Assembly (NCBI GenBank): GCA_036785375.1
Contig: JAWMAR010004485.1
Span: forward strand, 1-49,416
Reading direction: 5' to 3'
Origin: Leucoraja ocellata
Lineage: Eukaryota
Length of the DNA stretch: 49,416 nt
Below, one piece after another: positions 25,875 through 36,800 of the stretch; the first letter of the stretch is position 1, and each line of letters opens with the position of its first letter. The translations under genes and the position numbers were made by a program. A model generated the notes under the pieces. That model was given only the letters and a program-made list of their open reading frames with translations, did not search any database and was not told where the DNA came from.

Positions 25875-25923
25875 ATGGACGCTCTTCCTCTGGCCTTCGT
25901 TGTTCAGATGTTCCGGGTTTGCG
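25875..25923 (+). CDS. Gene A leader exon
   Basis: ATG plus 16 mostly hydrophobic codons, phase-1 GTGAGT donor; GC box (25761) and CGGAAGT ETS core (25769) upstream. Confidence 0.7.
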
Positions 25924-28900
25924 GTGAGTGAGTCGGGGTTGGGGACGTTCCATGGGATCAGGAGAATTCCGGGAGATTCGCACTTGTCAATGTCGGTGGC
26001 CGGCCAGAGGTTGGTCAGAAATCCAGAGGTTGATGCTAACAAAGTGGTGACGCTCACAACATTCCCCCTTCCCAACTCTCCGCATCCAGGGCCCATCTAA
26101 ATGGAGAAATCAACCCTACTTAACACTATCTGTATTGTATATGTAAGTGTATCTATTATCCATATATATATATATGGGAGACACAAAATGCTGGAGTAAC
26201 TCAGCGGGACAGGCAGCATCTCTGGAGAGAAGGAATGGGTGACGTTTCGGGTCGAGGCCTTTCTTCAGATATATATACCCACGATAATATTTATATCGAT
26301 AGATTTTTACTCTTTCCATTACGTGGACATATTAACTGTTTTTACCGGTTTCCAAAAAGATTAAAGGTCCCGACACGAAACGTCACCTATCCATGTTCTC
26401 CACAGATGCTGCCTGACCCGCTGAGTTACTCCAGCACTCTGTGAAACGTCACCTATCATGTTCTCCACAGATGCTGCCTGACCCGCTGAGTTACTCCAGC
26501 ACTCTGTGAAACGTCACCTATCCATGTTCTCCACAGATGCTGCCTGACCCGCTGAGTTACTCCAGCATTCTGTATCCTTTATGCCTCAACTGCCCTTCTG
26601 GTTTTTCCAATTTTATTAATGTAAGTAATTGTAAAGAATTCTGACACAACAAATGCGATCTCCAATGACTGCGAATTTCTTAAATTACTGGCAACGCGTT
26701 TCTGTCCGAGTTCCTCTCGTCACCTAACAGATAACTTTAATTTAAGGGATATGTTTCCAGTTGCAGGATTCGGGCCTTATCCGTCCGGGGCCCGGATGTG
26801 TGGACTGCTGATGTCGGTCAGGCGGTTGAATTGTCCTGTAAGACAGAGTACAACGTGGAAATCGCGGAACACGTCCTCTGGTACAAACAGCGTACGGACG
26901 AGGCCCCACAGCAATCAGGACCACCGGCTGCACACAGACCGGCTGCAGGCGACTTTAAAAAAACGTCCCGGGGCTAACACGTCCACTCTGAGAATCCGGG
27001 ACGCCCAGGTGACGAACTCGGGTGTATATTACTGCAATGAATGGGATAACTATGCAACATTCGAGAGAGGACTCACGCTTCTGGTCGGAGGTAAGAACAG
27101 GTGGAACTATGCACAGACTTTCACTGTGGCCGAACCCCGCGTTAACTGTGTCCCAATCTCCTCCCAGACAGCTCCACCAACGAGACCAGTCTGCTGGTGT
27201 TTGTGCCACAGGTCGAGACAAACAACTCGGCCCCCTGGTGTGTCAGGTCAGCGGCCTTTCCTCAACGTGGTTGTCATTTACTGGAACATCTCGGGACAGC
27301 TGACGGAAGGACGGAGTGACTCGGGCCGGATTGAGCCTGATCCACACTACAGCGTTAGAAGTCAAGTGTTGGTCCCGGCTGGAGTTTGGTGGAGAGGGGA
27401 GATCTGTACATGCATTGTGCAAATGGGGAGCGCGGACAAGACCCGGACCAAGAGCGTGTCCCGTCCCATCCCCACCCCAGGCCATGGTGAGTTGGAACAC
27501 GGCACAGCTCACATTATATCCAAGGTGTCATCTGCCGCGCAGTATCTATGTTGACCTCTGCATTTTGTCGGGATTTATACGAGTCGCGCTTTGGGCATTG
27601 AAAATTATCTTGCTTCTTAAACTGATGAAGTCCACGGGATGAAGATGTTCCCACAGCCCTTCCTTCCATCCGCAATACTATCAACCCCAGCAAGCTCATC
27701 AGGAGAAGAATTGGTCCATTTGACCCATCATGTCTACTCCGCCATTCAATCGTAGCTCACGATTCAACCACAGACGCGCAACTTTGTGGCCTCCCCAAAT
27801 TGTCGTGGTGTGTTTGAAGCAACTACTGTCCCGGCGGTCGTTGGTCGACGCGGACCGATGGGCCGAAAGGCCTGTTTCCACGCCGTATGTCTAAACTAAT
27901 CTATACTAAACTGATTGCTAAATGGCCTCGTGTGGCCGCGTCTCTCTGTCATCCTTAGGTCAGTAAAACGTTGCCACGAATATTCTGATCTTTTATTAAA
28001 CATAAAACACACCAACAGTGCGACACATGAACAGGCCCTTCGGCCCACCATGTTCATGATGACCGCGATGCCAAGTACAATTAATTTCCTCTGCCTGAGG
28101 GTGATCGATATCCTCCATTCCCGGCATCTTCATGTCCTGTGTAAATGCATCTTAGAGGCCACTGTCCCCGCCACTACATCTGGCAGCGAGTCCCAGGCCC
28201 CCAACATCACCTGTATAAAATATTTACCCCACTTACATCACCTTTAATCTTTGCTCTGTAAATTTGAAGCTATGTTCTTCTGTCCTTGCCATGGCAGCAC
28301 TCGGCTTGACAGTCTTACAGGGGTGGGTGATGCCTGTTCAAGTAATATCTGCACACCTGGGATCCAGCACCTGGCTTTGCGAAGGTACACAAAAATGCTG
28401 GAGAAACTCAGCCGGTGAGGCAGCATCTATAGATCGAAGGGGAGGAGGGAGGGGGTGAGTACTTTTAGTAAATTTGTCGGATCTTTGTGCACTTTGCAGA
28501 AACAAAGAATGTCGCCGCACCTGGTACAGGTGACAATAAACCATCGTTTCACTGAGTAACATTTCTCATTCACTAGACTGGTGTTATATCGCAGCGATCG
28601 GCCTCTCGATGATCCTCGCCTTCTCACTCATCCTCATCCTATCTGGATCTATCAAACCCGCGCAACAGGTGAGGCCCCGCGATTCCCAGCCCTATCCCTA
28701 TAACCCATGGCGGTCCCTTCTCCAGGGAACAAGCGCGGGCAGGTGGGACTAGTGTAGCTGGGACATGTGGGCCGGTGTGGGCAGGTGGGACTAGTGCAGC
28801 TGGGACATGTGGGCCGGTGGGCAGGTGGGACTAGTGTAGACGGGACTGGTGTAGTTGGGACATGGTGGCCGGTGTGGGCAGGTGGGACTAGTGTAGCCGG

Positions 28901-30252
28901 GACATGTTGGCCGGTGTGGCAGGTGGGACCGAGGGGCCTGTTTCCACACTGTATCACTCTATGACTCCAACTTCCTAACTCGTCTGTCAATGATTTCAGA
29001 AAGAATTGGCTGGAAAGGATAGGGCGGGCAGTGAGGTGAATTAGATTGAGGTCATGGTGGGTTGAAATATGCGGGTGTGTGTGTGAAGTTCCAACAAATG
29101 TATTTCCCGCCATTAGTGGTAACTCTGGTGAAAAGGCCCGAGGGCGGGCGGGCGGGCGTTGAAGACATTGTGAATCTTGGAATGTTTTAAAGTATTCGGT
29201 TATCGCCCATCTCGGGAGATCATTGGCAGGGTCCATGGATTTTAGAACCCCTTCTCATGTTGGGTGATTCAAAGACATATTTGATGACCAGTGACATATT
29301 GTAGGCATGTTAAGCATCTCCGTAACTGACTATAAATGTCAGGACCGAATAATATTCAGAATTCTTCTGTCCGCCATGAACACACAGGCATCGACCGCCA
29401 AAGGGGAAGACGGCGAGGGCGTGGAACTGAGACGCAGGTAGTGTGATTAACTCAGTTTGGTTTATTGTCACCAGTCCCGGGGTACAATGAAAAGCTTTTG
29501 TTGCGTTCTATCCAGTCAGCTGAAAGACAACACATGTATAGACACACGATAAGGGAATGACGTTAAAAACAGTAAAGTCCGATCAAAGATAGTCCGAGGG
29601 TCACCAATGAGGTAGACAGTAGTTAGTGGTACACAAAAAAGCTGGAGAAACTCAGCGGGTGCAGCAGCATCTATGGAGCGAAGGAAATAGGCAACGTTTT
29701 TCGGGCCGAAACCCTTCTTCAGACTGTAGTTTAAGGGGTACTTCGTTATAAAAAAACACACACACCTGATGTTTGGGAACGGATGTGAATGATTAATAGA
29801 CAATAGACAACAGACAATAGGTGCAGGAGTAGAGGCCATTCGGCCCTTCGAGCCAGTGCCGCCATTCAATGTGATCCACGGTGATCATCCCCAATCAGTA
29901 CCGCGTTCCTGCCTTCTCCCCATATCCCCTGACTCCGCTATCTTTAAGAGCCCTATCCAGCTCTCTCTTGAAAGGGTCCAGAGAACCGGCCTCTTGGAGG
30001 CAGATAATTCGATTCTGAGGCAGAGAATAATGAGTCTAAGCAGAGTTAACGTGGGTTTATTGATGGGAATCTGCTGCAGTTCCTGGAGGATGTGAGGAAT
30101 ATGTCACGCTTCTGTTGCCCGATCGTTAAGGAATGTTAGGGCGTCGTGAACGATATTTTTACAATACCAATGGCTAATGTACATTGCAGCCCCCAGATTC
30201 CATTGTTTATGCCTCGCTCCAGTTCGCCGCCTCGCCTCCCGCCGGCAGGTGA
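25875..30252 (+). CDS. Gene A: non-rearranging VJ-C1-TM-ITIM Ig-superfamily receptor (frameshifted as assembled)
   Basis: Exons: leader 25875-25923 (MDALPLAFVVQMFRVC-G|gtgagt); VJ 26761-27090 (VELSC..VLWYKQ..NSGVYYC..FERGLTLLVG|gtaaga); C 27168-27486 (LVCQVSG..YWNISG..YSVRSQV..WWRGEICTCIVQ); TM 28577-28668 (DWCYIAAIGLSMILAFSLILI); cytoplasmic 29343 (or 29388)-29437; terminal 30190-30252 (PPDSIVYASLQFAASPPAGR*). AATAAA at 30553. Six single-base insertions are needed to keep frame. Confidence 0.72.
26378..26572 (+). repeat. Three tandem copies of a 66-bp Penelope-derived unit
   Basis: GAAACGTCACCTATCCATGTTCTCCACAGATGCTGCCTGACCCGCTGAGTTACTCCAGC repeated; the same unit as at 39390-39785. Confidence 0.85.
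26761..27090 (+). CDS. Gene A germline-joined VJ exon
   Basis: B-strand Cys and WYKQ lie in one frame; NSGVYYC and the J-like FERGLTLLVG lie in another; tttccag acceptor, G|gtaaga donor. Confidence 0.85.
27168..27486 (+). CDS. Gene A C1-like exon
   Basis: ctcccag acceptor and G|gtgagt donor; aligns with the C exons of genes B and C (WNISG, DSG..E/DPD..YSVRS, CxC). 319 nt, so 2 nt short of frame. Confidence 0.85.
28577..28668 (+). CDS. Gene A stalk/TM exon
   Basis: ttcactag acceptor, hydrophobic run, G|gtgagg donor; 92 nt, and the missing T is present in the paralogous copy at 20636-20721. Confidence 0.8.
30190..30252 (+). CDS. Gene A terminal exon with ITIM (IVYASL)
   Basis: ttgcag acceptor, phase 0, PPDSIVYASLQFAASPPAGR*; IVYASL fits (I/V/L/S)xYxx(L/V). 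Confidence 0.72.
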   Translation, partial: PPDSIVYASLQFAASPPAGR

Positions 30253-30736
30253 GAACCAGATTGTGTTTTGTGCCAACGTTGCATTGTGAAGAGAGGGCAC
30301 AAGGCAGCGGCGACACTACATCCCCATCTGAACATTCCGGGGTTGCCTGAATCTCTGTGGCTCGGTGCCGGAAATGCAAATCAAACAATGTAATGTTAGA
30401 CTTAGATTAATCCCGCTATTGAGGAATGTTGGAAACCTTAATGGCAGAGGCTTTTGGCAAGGCGTGTGCAATTCTTCCATTCCTCTGATCTAGGAGTTTT
30501 GTTTTTATATGGAGATGTTGATTTAGTCTGTATGTAAATTAAATATATTATAAATAAAACGAGAGAAGTGAATGAATGAGATGCTACATCCGGCCTGGGG
30601 TACACGGGGTCAAAGGACACGCTGCCGCAATAGGGGCCGGAGCAGCGGACCGTGGAGTGACAAGATTAGCCCGTTCCTTCTCTCCATAGATGCTGCCGGT
30701 CCCGCTGCGATTCTACAGCATTTTTGTGAATGGTCT

Positions 30737-31395
30737 CATAGAAACATAGAAACATAGAAACATAGAAAATAGGTGCAGGAGTAGAGGCCATTCGGCCCTT
30801 CGTGCCTGCACCATTCGCCATTCAATATGATCATGGCTGATCATCCAACTCAGTATCCCATCCCTGCCTTCTCCCCATACCCCCTGATCCCTTTAGCCAC
30901 AAGGGCCACATCTAACTCCCTCTTAAATATAGCCAATGAACTGTGTGGCCTCAACTACCTCATGTGGCAGAGAATTCCACAGATTCACCACTCTCTGTGT
31001 GAAAAATGTTTTTCTCATCTCGGTCCTAAAGAACTTCCCCCTTATCCTTAAACTGTGACCCCTAGTTCTGGACTTCCCCAACATCGGGAACAATCTTCCT
31101 GCATCTAGCCTGTCCAACCCCTTAAGAATGTTGTAAGTTTCTGTAAGATCCCCCCTCAATCTTCTAAATTCTAGCGAGTACAAACCGAGTCTATCCAGTC
31201 TTTCTTCATACGAAAGTCCTGACATCCCAGGAATCAGTCTGGTGAACCTTCTCTGTACTCACTCTATGGCAAGAATGTCTTTCCTCAGATTAGGAGACCA
31301 AAATTGTACGCAATACTCCAGGTGTGGTCTCACCAAGACCCTGTACAACTGCAGTAGAACCTCCCTGCTCCTAGACTCAAATCCTTTTGCTATGA
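30737..31395 (-). mobile_element. CR1 LINE 3' end
   Basis: ORF 30923-31225; CATAGAAA tail. Confidence 0.88.
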
Positions 31396-32254
31396 ACGTC
31401 TCGACCCGAAACGTTACCTATTCCTTCTCTCCATAGATGCTGCCTGTCCCGCTGAGTTACTCCAGCATTTTTGTCTACCTTCCATTTTTCCTGCATCTGC
31501 AGTTCTTTCTTAAACAGAATAATATCTGAACCCCTTTATAAACAACCGTGCTCAAACTAGCTTTAACTTTTGTTTTCATGTGCGATCTCACTTCCCTTCT
31601 AGTTCCCTTGAGACCTGGTGGTCGCCTTCCAGTTAGAAGTGTCAAGAGTGGTTCAATTGATTTTGGACATGTTTCGGGAGATTGAGGGGTGAGGGAGGGA
31701 GGGGGGGGGGGGGGCTTGGCAAGACCCAGTCTCCTGCAGTCGGGGACTCTGGAACTGCAGGGAGCAGGTTTATAAACGGGAGACGAGACAGCGTTTGACA
31801 AGTGATGTTTTGGGCTTTAAGGGTTTGGGGGACATTTAGAAAGACCTCATGCAAACGGCCATAACTTTCGAAAATAGACTCAAAATGCTGGAGTAACTCA
31901 GCGGGACAGGCAGCATCTCTGGAAGGAAGGAATTGGTGACGTTTCATATCGGCACCTTTCTTCAGAACGTTTTCCCTTCTCTCCAGAGATGCTGACTGTC
32001 CCGCTGAGTTACTCCAGTCTTGTGTCTATCTTCGGTGTAAACATCTGCAGTTCCTTCCTACACAACTTTAGGAATATTACCTACTTTAGAAAGTGTTGCT
32101 CAGCGATGTTCAATAACTACGGACATGGGGATAGACGGAGCAAACGGAACAGCAACAATTCTCGACACTCCAGACCTCAAAGTTCACTTTCACGATTCGA
32201 ACTTTGTAAACATCTCAATGAGTTCACTTTTTAATTTTCCAGAGTCGACAAGTG

Positions 32255-32970
32255 CGTCACCCAGAGAGTTGTAAATCTGTGGAATTCTCTGCCACAGAAG
32301 GCAGTGGAGGAGATCTCACAGGATGTTTTCAAGAGAGAGTGAGATTTAGCTCTTAGGGCTAAAGGAATCAAGGGATATGGAGAGAAAGCAGGAACGGGGT
32401 ACTGATTGTGGATGATCAGCCATGATCATATTGAATGGCGGTGCTGGCTGGAAGGGCCGAATGGCCTACTCCTGCACCTATTTTCAGTTTCCATGCTCGG
32501 AAACAACCCCTTCGGCCCATCGCGTCCGTGGCGACCAAGATCTCCCATCCCATATCCCCTGATACCGTTAGCCCTAAGAACAATACATACATAACTCTCT
32601 CTTGAAAAACATCCAGAAAATCGGCCTCCACTGCCTTCTGTGTCAGAGAATTCCACAGATTCACAACTCTCTGGGTGAAGAGGTATTTTCTCATCCCTGT
32701 TATAAATGGCCTACCCCTTATTCGTAAACTGTGTGTGACCCCTGGTTCTGGAAATCCCCCAACAGCGGGAACATTTTCCCTGCATCTAGCCTGTCCAACC
32801 CCTTAAGAATGTTATATGTTTCTATAAGATCACCTCTCATCCTTCTAAATTCCAGTGAATACAAGCCTGGTCGACCCATTCTTTCATCATATGCCAGTCC
32901 CGCCATCCCGGGAATTAACCTGGTGAACCTACGCTGCACTCCCTCAATAGCAAGAATACACTGCACTCCC
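32255..32970. mobile_element. Two CR1 fragments in opposite orientation
   Basis: + strand copy ~32255-32490 and - strand copy ~32545-32970 with CR1 C-terminal motifs. Confidence 0.8.
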
Positions 32971-33798
32971 TCAATGGCCCCACGACTCTGTGACAAGAGC
33001 ACAGTGATGCTGGTTAACAAATAAAGACACAGCGTGCTGGAGTAACTGACGGCATCTCTGGAGAACGTGGATAGGGCGCGTCAGATAGGGACCCTTTATT
33101 ACACATTGAACAAATCCAGTTTCAGATCCCCAAATTCAATCGTGTATTTTATGATCTTGCTGGATTTTATTTGGATAACATCTGAAATTTTTTAAAAAGC
33201 ACAGCGCTCGAGTTTTCAAAACTGGTTTATTGTACATTGCCACGGAAATATTTTGTTAAATTCTGGAGTTACAGCAGAGTCTTATGTTAGAAATACAAAA
33301 TACAATCCTTTTTATTGTTAAAATAAAAATAATAAAAGCTGTACATGAATTGTAACATGTCAATATATACTCGGTATCTGTGGCACCTATTATTGTCCTT
33401 ACTTCTAATAAAAACAATATTTTAAACAAAGAAACACAAAGTGAATTTAGAAGGAAATCGGGGCCACAAGATCAGGTTAAAAGTAATGGAACGTCGTAAC
33501 CCATCGCCGGAGACGGGGCATCGCTATTCGCCTCTGGATGCCGTTTCCAATAGCTTGGTGGAAATTGCTTTGGAGACGCGAGGAGATGTGTCTACCGGTA
33601 CACGGTCAGGATCAGAGTTTCTCTTCTGAGTACATGTGTGTACTTACCGTAATTTGGCAGGTACTGGGAAGGATGTGCGCCTTATCTGTAACACATTCGC
33701 ACCATCCCGTCAATCAACCAAATTAGCAGTTTGCTGCTGGAACTTTCACCGGCTGCATTTCCGGGTTGAATATCTTCCACTACACGCCATGCTCGTCT

Positions 33799-33855
33799 CT
33801 AGCGCCTCCGGTCTTTGAGTCGGGCTGCGTTAAACCTCAAACCAGCGTAGACAGT
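33799..33855 (-). CDS. Gene B terminal exon (TVYAGL motif)
   Basis: ctccctattctcccgcag acceptor; phase 0; parallels the gene A terminal exon. Confidence 0.75.
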   Translation of the reverse strand, partial: TVYAGLRFNAARLKDRRR

Positions 33856-36800
33856 CTGCGGGAGAATAGGGAGACCGTTGTCAGTGGGTTATGGAATCAG
33901 GAAGAGACCAGTCGGCCCGTTAAACCTCTCCTAGAATATCATTAAATTCAGATCTCAGAACAGTTCAGTTTAGTTTATTGTCCCGTGTACCGATGTACAA
34001 TAGACAAAAGACAATAGGTGCAGGTGTAGAGGCCATTCGGCCCTTCGAGCACCGCCATTCAATGTGATCATGGCTGATCATCCCCAATCAGTACCCCGTT
34101 CCTGCCTTCTCCCCATATCCCCTGACTCCGCTATCTTTAAGAGCCCTATCTAGCTAATCAGCCAGCAGAAAGACAAGGCATGATTACCACCGGACCACTT
34201 ACATAATAAGGAAATAACGTTTAGTGCAAGGTAAAACCAGCAATGTCCGAACATGGATAGCCCGAGGGTCTCCCACGAGGTAGATAGTAGTTCAGCACTG
34301 CTCGCTGGTTGTGGTAGGGTGATTCAGTTGCCTAATAACAGCTGGGAAGAAGCTGTCCCTGAATCTAGAGGTGTGAGTTTTCACCAGACTGATTCCTGGG
34401 ATGGCAGGACTTTCATATGAAGAAAGACTGGATAGACTTGGCTTGTACTCGCTAGAATTTAGAAGATTGAGGGGGGATCTTATAGAAACTTACAAAATTC
34501 TTAAGGGGTTGGACAGGCTAGATGTTGGGGAAGTCCAGAACAAGGGGTCACAGTTTAAGGATAAGAGGGAAATCTTTTAGGACCGAGATGAGAAAAACAT
34601 TTTTCACACACAGAGAGTGGCGAATCTGTGGAATTCTCTGCCACAGAGGGTAGTTGAGGCCAGAGTTCATTGGCTATATTTAAGAGGGAGTTTGATGTGG
34701 CCCTTGTGGCTAAAGGGATCAGAGGGTATGGAGAGAAGGCAGGGATGGGATACTGAGTTGGATGATCAGCCATGATCATATTGAATGGCGAATGGTGCAG
34801 GCTCGAAGGGCCGAATGGCCTCTACTCCTGCACCTATTTTCTATGTTTCTATGTTCACACTTTTATATATTTTTCCCAATGAGAGAGGGGAGACGAGGGA
34901 GTGGCCTTAATTGTGCTGTTGGCCTTGCCGAGGCACCGTGAGGTACAAATGTGAGATGGAAAAGGCATAAACGTACGGCCTCGACAACATGGACCACGGT
35001 TGTAGATTGGACCAGGTCCGGGAGTATGTGTGATTTACTCAACAATAGTCAACTTACATAAGCGGCTTGGTTTGAGTGTTTAAAACAGCGGGGTCCAATT
35101 TACAGACCCAGTAGCACAGGATGCCTTAGAATCGTGAGGTCATGAAACAAGAATCACGTGTGGGGGTGAAAGTTACGCTGCAGTTACATCCAAGTGAAGA
35201 CTCTACATCTTTGAAGTCGGAAACGTGGTGATTGTGCCCCATGTAAGGTGTTTACCGACACAATGTTGTTTGCAAAAGAAGAACTTCAACGTAGCAACAA
35301 AATACCATTGAGGTTGCTATAAATAGTCTAAAGGAGTGTCTCAACCCGAAATCCTTCGCTCCACAGATGCTGCCTCAACCGCTGAGTCTCTCCAGCATTT
35401 GTGTCTACTTTGAATATATAGAGGAATTATCCAAATTGAGAAAACCGAGATTTAGACGCAGGCTGGAAGCGGTTGCGAAATAATGACGGCAAGAATCCGT
35501 GATCCGTTAAGACACAGGATCAATACTGACATTAAGTATTTTCACAAAAAAGCTGGAGAAACTCAGCGGGTGCAGCAGCATCTATGGACACGCTCTATGG
35601 ACACGCTGAGTTTCTCCAGCTTTTTTGTGTAACCTTCGATTCTCCAGCATCTGCAATTCCCTCTTAAACACTTAAGTATTTTCACGATGGTTTCTAATAT
35701 CAGAGCTTTGCCGGACCTGTCAGAGACCATCTGTTAATCTGTAATGAGATACAAATTTTTAAAGTCTGCGTCGTGAAAATGCCGGTAGGTTACACACCAA
35801 GATTGTCAAAACATAGTTTGACCCAATATGTTGAATTTGAGTCAGGTCGTGTCAGGTTTACTGTCATTACAATTGAAAATTAACTGCTTATATCAGAGAT
35901 TTCTTCTGAAATATGGGTTCCGCCGGGTTTGGTCTTCGAACCCCGGGTTTTACAATTGTTACAAATGACTTCGGTACATTTAGTCTGAAGAAGGGTCTCG
36001 ACCTGAAACGTCACCCATTCCTTCTCTCCAGAGACGTTGCCTGTCCCGCTGAGTTACTCCAGCATTTTGTGTCTACCTTCGGTAGATTTAAATGTACCCA
36101 TGGTACTATAGGGTACGCTGGAAAATAAGCGGCGAGGCGGACATAAAGAGGCAGAAACGTATAAGCATAGACTGAACAAATGGACAGATGCATCTAGCAT
36201 TGACACAAAATGCTGGAGTAACTCAGCGGGACAGGCAGCGTCTCTGGAGAGAGGAGTGGGTGAAGTTTCAGGTCGAGATCCTTCTTCAGACTGAAAGTCA
36301 CGGGAAAGGGGAAGGAGAGATGTAGAAGATGATGTGGGGAGATAAAGAACAATGAATGAAAGATTTGCAAAAAAATATATCGATGATAGGGGAAACGGGA
36401 AAAGTGTTCGGGATGGAGAATCGAGGCGTCGTTAAACAATGAATCGCATATTTGAGAACCAGAGGAGGTTGTTCCCCTCGGCAGGTCCATCTCAAAGTTG
36501 GGAGCAGAGATTCTAAATATTTCAAGACAGAGATATCACCGATAGGAGAGTTGATGAAAGTTACCCACGGATAAACGAGAGCCGGTGACACAACTACAGC
36601 AGCCAACTCCTGGTCCCGATCTGCATTTTCATACTTTTCTNNNNNNNNNNNNNNNNNNNNNNNNNNNNNNNNNNNNNNNNNNNNNNNNNNNNNNNNNNNN
36701 NNNNNNNNNNNNNNNNNNNNNNNNNNNNNNNNNNNNNNNNNNNNNNNNNNNNNNNNNNNNNNNNNNNNNNNNNNNNNNNNNNNNNNNNNNNNNNNNNNNN

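Noticed and set aside
26581-26626. Possible gene A leader exon ending in a GTAAGT donor
   Set aside because: The ATG frame hits TAA; the hydrophobic frame has no ATG and is phase 2. The exon at 25875-25923 fits better.
26751-27554. ORF-track 267-aa single ORF
   Set aside because: Chimeric: it reads through the 77-nt V-C intron and is out of frame for the first halves of both domains.
36565-36620. Candidate phase 1-to-0 cytoplasmic exon of gene B (DRDQELAAVVVSPALVYPW)
   Set aside because: Purine-rich acceptor next to a gap, and it cannot follow the better-supported 37168-37104 exon in frame.
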